A DNA stretch of 64,000 bases from Minisyncoccota bacterium (GCA_036405415.1 DASWXP010000002.1:208351-272350); one strand, 5' to 3'. Numbered from the stretch's first letter, positions 36,304 to 46,662 are shown. Notes: a model not told the origin generated them from the letters alone. Program-made: numbers and translations.

Positions 36304-36325
36304 CCTTATTGAAGCAAGAAGCTTC

Positions 36326-37117
36326 TTACACGCCTTTCGGTGGCAATGGAATAAACACGCTCGTCCGCTTCTTGTACGCCTCCCATTCCGGGTTGCCTGC
36401 GAATCGCGCTTCGAGCATCGGCACTCCCGATACCTTGAGAAGGAGGTAGGTGATAAGAATCGGGCTCACGAAGCCAGCAAGCGCGAGCGTAGCGCTCATG
36501 GATAGAAGCGCGGCGCACGACGCGATCGCGATACCCCACCACATAAGCGACTCGCCGAAATAGTTCGGATGTCTCGTATAGCGCCATAGTCCCTGGTCCA
36601 TGACCTTCCCCTTGTTCTCCGGCTTCCCGAGGAAGCGCGCGAGCTGATAGTCTCCTACTGCCTCGAAATAGAACCCGACCAACCAGGCGAAGATACCGAA
36701 TGCCGCAAGCGGCATGAGCGCCTCTGCAACCGAATCCGCAAAGAGGTTCGTAAGCGCAACCGGAAGCGATACCAGGAATATAACCAGGCCTTGGAGCATG
36801 TAGACCTGGAGGAAGCTTCGGAGCACGAAGGTCTTTCCCCACTCCTCTCGCCACTTCTTGTACCGGAAATCCTCAGGCTTCCCACGGTTGCGCAGATAGA
36901 TGCGGATTGAGAGCCGCGCGGCCCACACGGTCGCGATAGCGCTCAGAACGAACCCGAGCACGCTCTGGGTCCCGAGGAAGAACGTGACCCACGCGACAAG
37001 CGCGAACCCCCAACCGTACGCGATATCTGCCGTACCGTTGTCCTTGCGAACGAGCGACACAATGAACGCTATACACATGTAGACGAACAGGGTTCCCGCG
37101 GCGGTAAGTAGTTCCAT
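36326..37117 (-). CDS. DUF1295/steroid-5-alpha-reductase-like polytopic membrane protein
   Basis: 'RHPNYFGE' motif and multiple TM helices. Start set at MELLTAAG. Confidence 0.6.
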   Translation of the reverse strand: MELLTAAGTLFVYMCIAFIVSLVRKDNGTADIAYGWGFALVAWVTFFLGTQSVLGFVLSAIATVWAARLSIRIYLRNRGKPEDFRYKKWREEWGKTFVLRSFLQVYMLQGLVIFLVSLPVALTNLFADSVAEALMPLAAFGIFAWLVGFYFEAVGDYQLARFLGKPENKGKVMDQGLWRYTRHPNYFGESLMWWGIAIASCAALLSMSATLALAGFVSPILITYLLLKVSGVPMLEARFAGNPEWEAYKKRTSVFIPLPPKGV

Positions 37118-37234
37118 ATGAGCCCAGTATACCAACCCTTCCCGAGGGTATTGACAGGAAAAACGCCCGGGTGTAAGGTACTTGAACGTTCGCAAGTTCG
37201 CCGGCCTCGGCCAGCAGACTCGCGGACGTACCGG

Positions 37235-37310
37235 AAAACCCGTCCTCGGACGGGTTTTCCGCTATCCATTTGCATACCTAAAGGAAAAACCGCCCGGAGG
37301 GGCGGTTTTT
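37235..37310 (-). terminator. two tandem hairpin terminators downstream of rpmG (AAAACCCGTCC-TCG-GACGGGTTTT and AAAAACCGCCC-GGAG-GGGCGGTTTTT)
   Basis: Hairpin stems at 37235-37258 and 37285-37310, each flanked by A/T runs. Confidence 0.55.
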
Positions 37311-37311
37311 C

Positions 37312-37464
37312 CTACTTCTTAACTTCCTTGTAGATCTCGCGGGAGCGCGTATTTGGATCAAACTTCTTCAGCTCGATCTTACGCTCTACCTTCTTCTTAT
37401 TCTTGCGGGAAAAGCGTACGTGGCCGGAAGCCGACTTAAGCTTGATGAGACGATCCTGGGACAT
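37312..37464 (-). CDS. rpmG: 50S ribosomal protein L33
   Basis: MSQDRLIKLKSASGHVRFSRKNKKKVERKIELKKFDPNTRSREIYKEVKK (50 aa) carries the L33 signature 'LELKKFDP..R.H..YKE.K'. It was absent from the ORF track because it is under 60 aa. Confidence 0.75.
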   Translation of the reverse strand: MSQDRLIKLKSASGHVRFSRKNKKKVERKIELKKFDPNTRSREIYKEVKK

Positions 37465-37492
37465 AGATAGGAGGACTATACCAGGGGCCTAG

Positions 37493-40171
37493 TTACTTCG
37501 CAACGGCCTTTGGCTTCCTGGAAGCGCGCCGCGGGGACTTCCGGACCTCGAAATGCGGCTCCCCGTTCTTCATGGATACGGTTACGGAACCGCCCTCCAT
37601 GATGCCCTGACCCACCATAAGGGACGCGATCGGGGTGAGAATATGGTCCTGCACCGCACGCTTCAGGGGACGGGCGCCGTACTGCGGGTTGTATCCCTTC
37701 TCCGCGAGCCACTCCTTCACGCCCTGGTCGAGCGTAAGCGAGATGCGCTTCAGGGAAAGGCGCGCAAGCACTTCTTCTACCTGCGCGTCCACGATCTTCA
37801 TGAGCATTTCCTTCCCGAGCATGTCGAACATGACGATGTCGTCGAGACGGTTCAGGAACTCTGGACGGAAGTGATCCTTCAGGGCTCCCATAACCTTCTC
37901 CTTCATACGCTCCTGTGCCGCGGTCTCATCCGCCTCGCTCGTAGCGAATCCGATATTGGCCGCCTTGTCCATGAACTCAGCGCCGATGTTGGAGGTGAGG
38001 ACCACGATGGTGTTCTTGAAGTTTACCTTCCTGCCCTTGCCGTCAGTAAGGTGGCCGGAATCAAGTACCTGGAGGAGAATGTTGAATACCTCAGGATGCG
38101 CCTTCTCGATCTCGTCGAAGAGGACCACCGCGTACGGGCGATGACGGATGCGCTCGGTGAGCGACCCGGCTTCCTCGTGCCCCACGTAGCCCGGAGGCGC
38201 GCCGATAAGCTTCGACACCGAATGCTTCTCCATGAATTCGGACATGTCCACACGGACGAGCGACTCCTTGTCGTTGAACATGAACTCAGCAAGGCGCCGC
38301 GAAAGCTCCGTCTTACCCACGCCCGTAGGCCCGAGGAAGAGGAACGAGCCGATCGGACGGTTCGGGTCAGAGATGCCCACGCGCGAGCGCTTCACGGCGT
38401 CTGAGATAGCCTTCACCGCCCTGTCCTGACCAACCACCGCGTCCTTCAGCGCCGCTTCCATGCGCGCGAGCTTCGCTGCCTCTTCCTCGAGCATCTTTGC
38501 GACCGGGATGCCCGTCCAGCGGGCAACCACGCCCGCGATCTCCTGCTCCGTTACTTCCTCGTGGAGGATGCGGCGGGACTTCTGCAAGGTCTTCAAGCGC
38601 TTGGTCTTCGTCTCAAGATCCTTCTGGAGGCTCGGCATGCGGCCGTACCGGATCTCTGCGGCGGTACCGAGATCTGCCATGGCTTCCGCGTTCTCGGCCT
38701 CGACGCGTGCCTTCTCAAGCTCTGCCTTGAGCGAGCGGATGGATTCAAGCACCTCCTTCTCGTTCTTCCACTTGAGCTCGAGCTCGCTGGTCTTCTCGCG
38801 GAGGTCCGCGATCTCGGTATCGATCCCTGAGACGCGCTCGGCGATCTCCTTCGCGTTCTCGCTCTCCTCGTCCTTCTTGAGTGCTTCGCGCTCGATCTCA
38901 AGACGGCGGATGCGGCGATCCGTCTCCTCAAGCTGCGGCGGTTTGTTCTCAAGCGCGATGCGCAGGCCCGACGCGGCCTCGTCGATGAGGTCTACGGCCT
39001 TGTCCGGAAGGAACCGGTCCGTGATGTAGCGAGAGGAGAGCTCGACCGCCGAGACGATGGCGCCGTCCGTGATGCGCACGCCGTGGTAGAGCTCGTACTT
39101 GTCGCGCAGGCCGCGTAGGATCGCGGTCGCGTCCTCGATTGACGGCTCCTCGACGTACACCGGCTGGAAGCGTCGCGTGAGCGCGCCGTCCTTCTCGATG
39201 TGCTGCTGGTATTCCTTGAGGGTGGTGGCGCCGATCATGCGCATCTCGCCGCGCGCGAGCGCAGGCTTCAGCATGTTGGACGCATCGAGCGCGCCGTCAG
39301 CTGCGCCTGCGCCCACGATGGTATGAAGCTCGTCAACGAAGAGGATGACGCCGCCTTCTGACTTCTCCACCTCTTTCATCACCGCCTTCATGCGCTCCTC
39401 GAACTCGCCGCGGTACTTCGTGCCTGCGATCATGAGGCCGAGATCAAGGGAGAGAATCTCCTTGCCCTTCAAGGACTCGGGTACGTCGTTCTGCGCGATA
39501 CGGAGCGCGAGACCCTCGGCGATCGTAGTCTTTCCGGTTCCCGGCTCGCCGATCAATACCGGGTTGTTCTTCGTGCGACGCGAAAGGATCTGGATAACAC
39601 GGCCGATCTCCTGGTCGCGGCCGATAACCGGATCGAGCGCGTTCTCGCTCGCGAGCCTGGTTAGGTTGCGGGTGTACTTCGAAAGCGCGCGGAACTTCTT
39701 CGGCTCGGCGGAATCCCCATCCTTGTCCGCCTTCAGGTCCTTCAGGATCTGGAGCACGGTCTCCTCGTCGATGCGGAAGCGCGCGAGGATATCCTCAGCT
39801 GGTCCTGGGTGCTCGAGAATGGAGACGAAGAGGTGCTCACACCCCACGAACGCATCATCCATCTTCGCGGCGATCTTCGCGGCAGCCTCAAGAGCCTGCG
39901 CGAGGTCCGGCGTGAGATACAGGTTATAGGACGGCGAGAGCGTCGAGGACGCCTCCGGGATCTCGAGTGTCTCGAGAAGCGTATCTGAAAGCAGGATGGT
40001 ATCGATGTCCATCCGATCGAGCACCGAAAACACGAGGCTCTCTTCCTGATGTATGAGCGCCGTGAGGAGGTGCAGCGGGCTCACGTGATTCTGCCCGCGC
40101 TCGATGGCGAGCTCGTGCGCCTTCCTGATTGCCTCCTTGGCTTTTGTGGTGAAGTTACGAAATGGCTGCAT
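37493..40171 (-). CDS. clpB: ATP-dependent chaperone ClpB (two AAA+ modules + coiled-coil M-domain)
   Basis: Two Walker A motifs ([16 protein letters not shown]), a coiled-coil middle domain, and the N-domain 'LHLLTALI'. Confidence 0.9.
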   Translation of the reverse strand: MQPFRNFTTKAKEAIRKAHELAIERGQNHVSPLHLLTALIHQEESLVFSVLDRMDIDTILLSDTLLETLEIPEASSTLSPSYNLYLTPDLAQALEAAAKIAAKMDDAFVGCEHLFVSILEHPGPAEDILARFRIDEETVLQILKDLKADKDGDSAEPKKFRALSKYTRNLTRLASENALDPVIGRDQEIGRVIQILSRRTKNNPVLIGEPGTGKTTIAEGLALRIAQNDVPESLKGKEILSLDLGLMIAGTKYRGEFEERMKAVMKEVEKSEGGVILFVDELHTIVGAGAADGALDASNMLKPALARGEMRMIGATTLKEYQQHIEKDGALTRRFQPVYVEEPSIEDATAILRGLRDKYELYHGVRITDGAIVSAVELSSRYITDRFLPDKAVDLIDEAASGLRIALENKPPQLEETDRRIRRLEIEREALKKDEESENAKEIAERVSGIDTEIADLREKTSELELKWKNEKEVLESIRSLKAELEKARVEAENAEAMADLGTAAEIRYGRMPSLQKDLETKTKRLKTLQKSRRILHEEVTEQEIAGVVARWTGIPVAKMLEEEAAKLARMEAALKDAVVGQDRAVKAISDAVKRSRVGISDPNRPIGSFLFLGPTGVGKTELSRRLAEFMFNDKESLVRVDMSEFMEKHSVSKLIGAPPGYVGHEEAGSLTERIRHRPYAVVLFDEIEKAHPEVFNILLQVLDSGHLTDGKGRKVNFKNTIVVLTSNIGAEFMDKAANIGFATSEADETAAQERMKEKVMGALKDHFRPEFLNRLDDIVMFDMLGKEMLMKIVDAQVEEVLARLSLKRISLTLDQGVKEWLAEKGYNPQYGARPLKRAVQDHILTPIASLMVGQGIMEGGSVTVSMKNGEPHFEVRKSPRRASRKPKAVAK

Positions 40172-40218
40172 GGGTACAGAATCTTACACTAGTAATGACG
40201 GGTCCGTGAACTCTACTC

Positions 40219-40962
40219 TTACGCGCCTTCCGCAAGGAGAACGTTAATACGTTCTGCCGGCGCGAAGAGGCCCGGGACGGAGGTCGCGATGCCGATGAGG
40301 TCGCCTTCTATGTTCACGGCGGCTGCCCCCGCCGGCACGCCGGTCACGTTCGCACGGATACCCGCTTCCTCGACGATGGAGATGATGCCGGAGACCGCAG
40401 CGCCTCCGCCCGTAAGCGACACGAGGGTCTGTCCCTGGCTCAGGTCCTTGGACGCGACGATGTCAGGTATCGCGACGTTCGGGAGGCCCGCCGTATCCGA
40501 GAAGCCGTAGATGGTGAGGGTCGCGCCGCCCTTGGACAAGGAAGCCTCGGCGCTCGCGCCGTTCGCGAACATGATCGTCGCCTCCTTAGGAAGCGCGGCA
40601 CCAGTCGCGGTAACGACCGCGCGCTTGTCAGGAAGGTAGGTCCCGATCGCGATCGCAGGCGTGGTGGTCGCGCCCTTATGGATCGTGACGCGGCGCGATA
40701 CGTCCGCACGGATCGCGCCTGAAAGAAGGTCCTCGTCGCGGATAACCACGGTCTCCTTCGGCGGAAGGATGTTCGGAAGCGGCGTGGTCTCGGCGGCCGT
40801 CTCGACGGTACGCTCGACGATGCGGTTCACGGTCTGCGTGACCGTAGGCGGCGCCTGATCCAAGAGCGACACGGTCATCACGGCAGTCGCGATCGCGGTC
40901 ACGAAATTCACCAGGATCGTGAGAAGCAGGAGCTGGGTCTTGTTGAGGTCCTCGATGTTCAT
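40219..40962 (-). CDS. membrane-anchored hypothetical protein (Ala/Gly-rich beta-rich C-terminal domain)
   Basis: N-terminal TM helix; 'TGGGAAVSGII' is faintly trypsin-like but has no catalytic Ser. Confidence 0.35.
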   Translation of the reverse strand: MNIEDLNKTQLLLLTILVNFVTAIATAVMTVSLLDQAPPTVTQTVNRIVERTVETAAETTPLPNILPPKETVVIRDEDLLSGAIRADVSRRVTIHKGATTTPAIAIGTYLPDKRAVVTATGAALPKEATIMFANGASAEASLSKGGATLTIYGFSDTAGLPNVAIPDIVASKDLSQGQTLVSLTGGGAAVSGIISIVEEAGIRANVTGVPAGAAAVNIEGDLIGIATSVPGLFAPAERINVLLAEGA

Positions 40963-40971
40963 ATGCGGAAA

Positions 40972-42126
40972 TTATACCGCGCCACGGTCTACGAAACGAA
41001 CGGCCCGGATGAGCGCTGCTGCGAAGCGTGCAAGGTCCCGAGAGGACGTATCCATGCCCCACGAGATACGCAGGGCTGCCGCTGCGCGCTCCGGGTCCCC
41101 CGTAAGCGCAAGGACCGCTTCCGAGCCCTCGGCGTCCGTCGCGCAGGCGCTCCTGGTCGAGACCGCGAACCCCGCTTCGTCCAGGAGCGCCTGGATATAA
41201 TCAGTATCGCGACCCAGAAGCGACAGGTTCAAGATGCGAGAAGCCTGTTCCTTCCCTTCGGTAAAGACGACATCAGGAATCTCATTCCGGAGGATTCCCT
41301 TCAGGACTTCGCGGTCCCGCAGCGCGCGCATGCCAAAAGCGTCTCGCGTTTCGTGCACTCGCTCAAGCGCGGCAGAAAGCGCAGCCGCGCCCGCGTGAGA
41401 CTCGGTTCCCGGACGAAGCCCGCGTTCCTGCCCTCCTGCGAGGATGAGCGGCTCGATAGGCTTGCCTCTTGGCACGATGAGCACGCCGGTGCCGCGCACG
41501 CCTCCCACCTTCTGCGCATCGAGCGAAAGCGTATCCGCGCCGAGGCGCGTGAGCTCAAACGGACCCGAGAGCGGAAGCTGGCTCGCATCCACATGGATGC
41601 GCACGCTCGCGGGAAGCGCTCTGCGGACGTCGCGGACCGGAAATACAGTCCCAGTCTCTCCGCACACCGCTTCAAGCGCGATAAGCGCGGTCTCAGGACG
41701 GATCTGATCCTTGAGCGCTAGGAGGTCGATAGTCCCGTCCTTGAGCGCAAGCGGCTCTACGGAGAATCCTTCTGCTTTGAGCGCCTCCATCGCGCCACGC
41801 GTGGACGCATGCGCGCTCGGAAGATAGAGGCAGTGCATGGACGAGGACGGACGGTCTTTCCTAAGTGCGCGCAGGTACCCGAGGATCGCAAGCGCGTTGG
41901 CTTCGGTTGCGCCTGAGGTAAAGATCACCGCATCGCTCTTAACGGACGCAAGCCGCGCGATCCGCACCCGAGCGTCTTTGAGGATCTCCCGAGCCGCTCT
42001 TCCTTCGGTATGCGGCGATGACGGATTGCCGTATACCCTGAGGGCTCTTTGGTACGCGCGAAGCGCCTCCTTCGATACGGGTGTCGCCGAGGCGTAGTCG
42101 AGATAGGTGCGTCTCATGCACTTCAT
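40972..42126 (-). CDS. cysteine desulfurase (class V aminotransferase, IscS/NifS-like)
   Basis: 'LDYASATPV' N-terminus, 'SLDAQKVGGVRGTGVL' PLP-Lys region, and 'STRSACAT' catalytic Cys loop. Start set at MKCMRRTYL. Confidence 0.8.
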   Translation of the reverse strand: MKCMRRTYLDYASATPVSKEALRAYQRALRVYGNPSSPHTEGRAAREILKDARVRIARLASVKSDAVIFTSGATEANALAILGYLRALRKDRPSSSMHCLYLPSAHASTRGAMEALKAEGFSVEPLALKDGTIDLLALKDQIRPETALIALEAVCGETGTVFPVRDVRRALPASVRIHVDASQLPLSGPFELTRLGADTLSLDAQKVGGVRGTGVLIVPRGKPIEPLILAGGQERGLRPGTESHAGAAALSAALERVHETRDAFGMRALRDREVLKGILRNEIPDVVFTEGKEQASRILNLSLLGRDTDYIQALLDEAGFAVSTRSACATDAEGSEAVLALTGDPERAAAALRISWGMDTSSRDLARFAAALIRAVRFVDRGAV

Positions 42127-42186
42127 GCTACGCCGAGTGCGCCCGTTTGTTAAAAGTGCCATTTCGTGAGATAATCCCTTGCAATT

Positions 42187-43677
42187 ATGGCGCGCAGCTC
42201 CCGACCACCAATCGTGGCCGTTATGGGTCACATCGATCACGGCAAGTCCTCCTTGCTGGACTACATCCGCAAGGCGAACGTGACCGCAGGCGAAGCAGGT
42301 GGCATCACCCAGCACGTATCCGCATACGAGGCGGAGCACGAGCACGAGGGGACCATCCGCAAAATAACGTTCCTCGATACCCCGGGCCATGAGGCGTTCC
42401 GTGCGCTCCGTGCGCGCGGCGCGCAGGCAGCTGATATCGCCATCCTCGTGATTGCCGCGGAAGAAGGCGTGAAGCCTCAGACCATGGAGGCGTTCGAGGC
42501 CATCACCGAGGCAGGCACCCCGCTCGTCGTCGCGTTCACGAAGATCGACAAGCCGGGCGCAGATGTCGAGAAGGCGAAGATCAGCGCGCTTGAGGCAGGC
42601 ATTTACCTCGAGGGCCTCGGGGGCTCGATCGCCTACACCGGCGTCTCCTCGAAGTCAGGCGAGGGTGTACCAGAGCTTCTCGATCTCGTGCTCCTTACCG
42701 CGGACCTCGCGGAACTTACTGCGGACCCGGAGCTTCCTGCTGAAGGCTTCGTGCTCGAGTCTTCCCAGGACCCCAAGCGCGGCATGTCCGCTACGCTCAT
42801 CATGAAGGACGGCACCCTTCCGGTAGGCGCGTTCGCGATCGCGGGCGCCGCCCTCGCTCCGGTCCGCTTCATCGAAGACTTCGCCGGCAAGCGCATCAGC
42901 GCTGCGCTCCCTTCTCAGCCGATCCGCATCTCCGGCTGGAACCAGCTTCCTCCGGCAGGTACGCCCTTCTCTTCCGCGAGCTCGAAGAAAGACGCGGAGA
43001 AGCTCGCGCTCGAAGGCGCAGCGGCTTCGGCAATACCGGCACGCGCTGCGGTTAAGCCTGCGAACGCGGAGCATGCGGTGCTTCCTATCGTACTCAAGGC
43101 AGACGTCACGGGCAGCATCCTCGCCATCAAGCACGAGCTCGCGAAGATCGCGCACGAGCGCGTGACCATAAGCATCATCCAGGAAGGCATCGGTGCCGTG
43201 TCCGAGGGCGACGTGAAGACCGCAGCGGCCGCGAACGGCCTCATCATCGGCTTCAACGTAGGCGTCGACAACGTCGCGCGCGACTCCGCTGAGCGCATGA
43301 ACGTATCGATCGATACCTACACCATCATCTACGAGCTCAAGGAGCGCGTAGAAGGGCTCGTGAAGGAGCGCGCACCGCGCGTGACCGTTGAAGAGATCCT
43401 CGGCGAAGCGAAGGTGCTTAAGGCGTTCAACACGGCAGGCACCAAGCAGGTGCTCGGTGCGCGTTGGAACTCAGGCGCGCTTTCCGTGGGAGACACCGTG
43501 AAGATAGACCGCCGCGGCCTCCACATCGGCAACGCGAAGCTCACGAACCTCCAGGTAGCGCGCGCGGACGTGAATGTCATCAAGGACGAGGGCGAGTTCG
43601 GCCTCCAGATCGAAGGCAAGTACGAGGCGGCTCCAGGAGATACGCTTATCGCCTTCCGCATGACCGAAACCCAATAA
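42187..43677 (+). CDS. infB: translation initiation factor IF-2, short form lacking N-terminal extension
   Basis: G1-G4 motifs ('[14 protein letters not shown]', 'DTPGHEAF', 'TKIDK') and C-terminal beta-barrels. Confidence 0.85.
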   Translation: MARSSRPPIVAVMGHIDHGKSSLLDYIRKANVTAGEAGGITQHVSAYEAEHEHEGTIRKITFLDTPGHEAFRALRARGAQAADIAILVIAAEEGVKPQTMEAFEAITEAGTPLVVAFTKIDKPGADVEKAKISALEAGIYLEGLGGSIAYTGVSSKSGEGVPELLDLVLLTADLAELTADPELPAEGFVLESSQDPKRGMSATLIMKDGTLPVGAFAIAGAALAPVRFIEDFAGKRISAALPSQPIRISGWNQLPPAGTPFSSASSKKDAEKLALEGAAASAIPARAAVKPANAEHAVLPIVLKADVTGSILAIKHELAKIAHERVTISIIQEGIGAVSEGDVKTAAAANGLIIGFNVGVDNVARDSAERMNVSIDTYTIIYELKERVEGLVKERAPRVTVEEILGEAKVLKAFNTAGTKQVLGARWNSGALSVGDTVKIDRRGLHIGNAKLTNLQVARADVNVIKDEGEFGLQIEGKYEAAPGDTLIAFRMTETQ

Positions 43678-43678
43678 T

Positions 43679-44023
43679 ATGAGCGCACGAGACGAACGGG
43701 CTGTTTCCATACTTCTTGAGAACGCAGGGCGCTATATCGCCCGCGAGGCGGGGCGCTCCACGCTTATCACCCCCACGCGCGCTACCTTCTCCAAGGACCG
43801 CAAGAACGCCACGATCTACGTGAGCGTGTTCCCTGAGGGACAGGACGGCAAGGCGCTCGAGTTCTTGATGCGCCACAAGGATCTGTTCCGCAACGAGCTC
43901 AAGAAGACGACGCGCTTCGCCCGTCTCCCGTTCATACGTTTCGAGCTTGATAAGGGCGAGCGAGCGCGCCAGCACCTTGACGAGGTTACGCGGGACCTCG
44001 AGATCCCTGAGGAAGACGCGTAG
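43679..44023 (+). CDS. rbfA: ribosome-binding factor A
   Basis: 114 aa immediately after infB (the conserved infB-rbfA order); KH-like 'ATIYVSVFP' region. Confidence 0.7.
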   Translation: MSARDERAVSILLENAGRYIAREAGRSTLITPTRATFSKDRKNATIYVSVFPEGQDGKALEFLMRHKDLFRNELKKTTRFARLPFIRFELDKGERARQHLDEVTRDLEIPEEDA

Positions 44024-44057
44024 CGCGGAGGCGCTGCACGCGCTATTATCCTCTCTA

Positions 44058-44132
44058 GGGCCAGATGGCGAAGTGGTAACGCTGCGGATTGCAAACCCGC
44101 TATGCACGGGTTCGATTCCCGTTCTGGCCTCC
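44058..44132 (+). tRNA. tRNA-Cys (anticodon GCA)
   Basis: Acceptor GGCCAGA/TCTGGCC, anticodon loop UUGCAAA, T-loop GGTTCGATTCC, encoded CCA. Confidence 0.8.
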
Positions 44133-44136
44133 ATAC

Positions 44137-44219
44137 TGCCGGGGTGATGGAATGGTAGACATAGGGGTCTTAAACACCCCAGGCAGCAATGCCATGCGGG
44201 TTCGAGTCCCGCCCCCGGT
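44137..44219 (+). tRNA. tRNA-Leu (anticodon UAA, long variable arm)
   Basis: Anticodon stem GGGGU/ACCCC with loop CUUAAAC, long variable arm, T-loop GGTTCGAGTCC. Confidence 0.8.
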
Positions 44220-44273
44220 ACCCTGGGAATTGGTATTGAATTCAGGGCGCTTCTTATGTAGAATGCGCCTGTA

Positions 44274-44346
44274 TCCGCCTATAGCTCAGCTGGTAGAGCA
44301 CTCGCCTCTTAAGCGATTGGTCCTTGGTTCGAGTCCAAGTGGGCGG
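44274..44346 (+). tRNA. tRNA-Lys (anticodon CUU)
   Basis: Acceptor CCGCCUA/UGGGCGG, D-arm GCTCAGCTGGTAGAGC, anticodon loop CUCUUAA, T-loop GGTTCGAGTCC. Confidence 0.75.
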
Positions 44347-44357
44347 ACTAGAGAAAA

Positions 44358-44382
44358 GGAGAGGTCTTCGGATCTCTCTTTT
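44358..44382 (+). terminator. UUCG-tetraloop hairpin + T5 inside the tRNA array
   Basis: GAGAGGTC-TTCG-GATCTCTC followed by TTTTT, lying between tRNA-Lys and tRNA-Leu(UAG). Confidence 0.5.
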
Positions 44383-44400
44383 TCTGTTAGGATACGGAGA

Positions 44401-44481
44401 CGCTGGAGTGGCGAAATGGTATACGCGCCTGCCTTAGGAGCAGGTCCCTTCGGGGGTGGAGGTTCGAGTCCTCTCTCCAGC
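44401..44481 (+). tRNA. tRNA-Leu (anticodon UAG, long variable arm)
   Basis: Acceptor GCTGGAG/CTCCAGC, anticodon stem CCTGC/GCAGG with loop CUUAGGA, long variable arm. Confidence 0.8.
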
Positions 44482-44579
44482 ACACACTTGACTTTTTGTA
44501 CAAAATAGTGTTATTTTAGTCCCAGATTCCGTGATCCTTGAGAACACGGTGCAACCACACTCAGCCAAAGGAGCTGGAC

Positions 44580-45683
44580 ATGAATCAGTGCAAGTCAGAG
44601 CACGTGGCGGTGAATACCGCCCGTTACAAGAGGTGGGTCACCGGCATCCTCATGCCCGGCGCCCTACTCGCCCTGACCATGCTGGTTCAGGGCATCACGC
44701 CATGGTGGCAAGTCCCTCTCTGGGAGTACGCCCTGCTATTCCTGCTCGGTTCGTACTACGTCACCTCCCTGCAAAGGGTCGAGACCGGTATGATCGCCGG
44801 CATCACTCTTCTCGAAGAGCCGGTGCTCGAGGTGACCGCAGGTTGGTACTTCGTACCGCGGTTCCTCATGGAGATCGATTGGATGCCGGCACACACGCTC
44901 CAGGACCAGTTCCCGGGAAACCCGGAGCAGATCTCGAAGCGTGACGACAATCTCGGACTGCTTCCGAACGAGTTCCGGCCTATCCGCGCGATGACCGCTC
45001 CCGGCAAACCCGAAGACGGGGACGATCCGCTCAACACGCGGCTCGCGCTCGAGGTCATCTTCGCCGTTCGGTGGAAGGTCAAGCCTGGCGGCTTCTTCGA
45101 TGTGTATGTGAAGATCCCCGGCCGACGCTGGGAAGACAAGGTCGTGAACATCCGGCAACATATGCGGGATACCGGCGAGACGGAGCTGATCGAGGAAATC
45201 TCTGAGCGGTCGCCCTTCCGGGTGAACGCTGATATGCACCTTCTCAACGACCAGCTGAAGGAAGAACTTCAGACGGCAGTTGGCGACTGGGGCATCGAGA
45301 TCGAAGAGGCGCGCATGCAAGCGCCCGACTTCCCGCACAGCGTGAACACCTCGCTCGCCGACATCTCTACCGCGCTCGCGCAGCGTAAGGTGACCGAGAC
45401 AAAAGCTCATGCTGAGAAGCAGCGGCAGATACTGGTCAGCGAAGGCGAGTCGGCGGCGATCATCAACCTCGCCGAAGCGCGAAAGCGCGAAAGCATCGCC
45501 CGAGGCGAAGGAAGGAAGGAAGAAGCTGAACTAACGGGCATCAGCGGCGAGCAGCTCTATGCGGGCGAAATCGCCATTAAGACCGTAGGCGAGGGAGACC
45601 TCATCCTCGGCGAACCCGGCATCGCCCAAGCGTTGGGCATCGGAGGGTTCGTGCTCAAGCGTGCGAAGGATGCCGCGCCATGA
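44580..45683 (+). CDS. SPFH/band-7 (stomatin/HflK-like) membrane protein
   Basis: N-terminal TM helix, an SPFH core, and a C-terminal 'AEKQRQILVSEGESAAIINLAEARKRESIARGEGRKEEAE' coiled coil typical of Band 7. Confidence 0.8.
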   Translation: MNQCKSEHVAVNTARYKRWVTGILMPGALLALTMLVQGITPWWQVPLWEYALLFLLGSYYVTSLQRVETGMIAGITLLEEPVLEVTAGWYFVPRFLMEIDWMPAHTLQDQFPGNPEQISKRDDNLGLLPNEFRPIRAMTAPGKPEDGDDPLNTRLALEVIFAVRWKVKPGGFFDVYVKIPGRRWEDKVVNIRQHMRDTGETELIEEISERSPFRVNADMHLLNDQLKEELQTAVGDWGIEIEEARMQAPDFPHSVNTSLADISTALAQRKVTETKAHAEKQRQILVSEGESAAIINLAEARKRESIARGEGRKEEAELTGISGEQLYAGEIAIKTVGEGDLILGEPGIAQALGIGGFVLKRAKDAAP

Positions 45684-46339
45684 ACTGGCAGGGCATCCTC
45701 GTGTCGATCGTCTTCATTGCGATCGGCCTCGCGCTCATCCTCACCCGATTCAAGATGGGAAATCCCTTCCATAAGGACGCCCCTGACTCGGATCATGAGA
45801 CTGAGAAGCATGGACATGGCCACGGCAACCCGAGCGACTCGCATGGCAAAAAGTCACCCGGCCATCATGACGAACATAAGCACCACTCGGCACACGGTCA
45901 CGATGATCATCACGGCGGGAGCAATCCCTTCGTTCTGATGTTCATCGGCGCCGGCATCCTCGTGGTAATCGTCGTAATCGGCTGGTGGCTTTCCACCCGC
46001 GTGGCGCCTCCCAACGGGAAGCCTATCGCGGAACGAATCGCCATGGCGCCTCAAGGAACCCTTTCCGGGAACCAGGTGGCGCTGACTTCGTCGGTTCGCT
46101 GCGTGAGCATGGACGTCGTCGCTCGGGTGATTCCGCCCGGAGACGAGGTCGTGGTCGCGATTCCTGACGGCAGGAGCCTGGAGTTCGAGCCAGGCACTTC
46201 CGAAGGGACGCTGCGCGTCTGCGACGCGTTCAACCCTTCGGTCTGCGCAAACGGCCAGGGACTCAAGGGCGGCATACGGGCGGCCCGGATGGAGAACATC
46301 TCTTCCGATCCCGTCCATCTCCGCTGCAGGCTCTACTAA
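45680..46339 (+). CDS. NfeD-like membrane protein with His-rich loop, partner of the SPFH protein
   Basis: Its start overlaps the SPFH stop. A TM helix, a His-rich loop 'HETEKHGHGHGNPSDSHGKKSPGHHDEHKHHSAHGHDDHHG', a second TM helix, then a ~110-aa C-terminal domain. Confidence 0.5.
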   Translation: MNWQGILVSIVFIAIGLALILTRFKMGNPFHKDAPDSDHETEKHGHGHGNPSDSHGKKSPGHHDEHKHHSAHGHDDHHGGSNPFVLMFIGAGILVVIVVIGWWLSTRVAPPNGKPIAERIAMAPQGTLSGNQVALTSSVRCVSMDVVARVIPPGDEVVVAIPDGRSLEFEPGTSEGTLRVCDAFNPSVCANGQGLKGGIRAARMENISSDPVHLRCRLY

Positions 46340-46360
46340 GCACCGTGTTCGAACTACGCA

Positions 46361-46392
46361 AAGCCCGCGCCTTTCCCGGCGCGGGCTTTTTC
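46361..46392 (+). terminator. hairpin terminator AAGCCCGCGCC-TTTCC-GGCGCGGGCTTTTT
   Basis: 9-bp GC stem plus a T-run after the NfeD-like gene. Confidence 0.55.
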
Positions 46393-46399
46393 TTTGCCC

Positions 46400-46648
46400 T
46401 TAGTTCGCCCCTACGGTTGCCTTGAGGATGGAGACGATGGCGTTGGCCCCGAAGATGATGACGAGGCCGATGATGCCCCAGATCATGTGCTGCTGTCCGG
46501 TCCTGCGCTTTTCCTCGTCCTCCGCGCCCGCGATGAACTCCACGATACCCCACATGAAGACCACGAATGCGCCGAGCGCGAGCAGAGTGATAATCGGTGT
46601 GAGGATGGCGTCCTGCACCTTGGTGATGAATTGCTGGAAGGGGCTCAT
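46400..46648 (-). CDS. VirB2/TrbC-like pilin-family small membrane protein (paralog 1)
   Basis: 82 aa with TM1, a charged loop 'AGAEDEEKRRTGQQ', then TM2 'MIWGIIGLVIIFGANAIV'. Confidence 0.5.
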   Translation of the reverse strand: MSPFQQFITKVQDAILTPIITLLALGAFVVFMWGIVEFIAGAEDEEKRRTGQQHMIWGIIGLVIIFGANAIVSILKATVGAN

Positions 46649-46662
46649 GAGGAAAGTATAGC

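Noticed and set aside
40219-40962. HtrA/trypsin-like serine protease call
   Set aside because: The Gly-rich 'TGGGAAVSG' only superficially resembles GDSGGP. No catalytic Ser/His/Asp triad positions could be recognised.
45680-46339. His-rich protein as a ZIP/CDF-type metal transporter
   Set aside because: It has only two TM helices plus a soluble C-terminal domain. Its tight coupling to an SPFH gene fits NfeD better.
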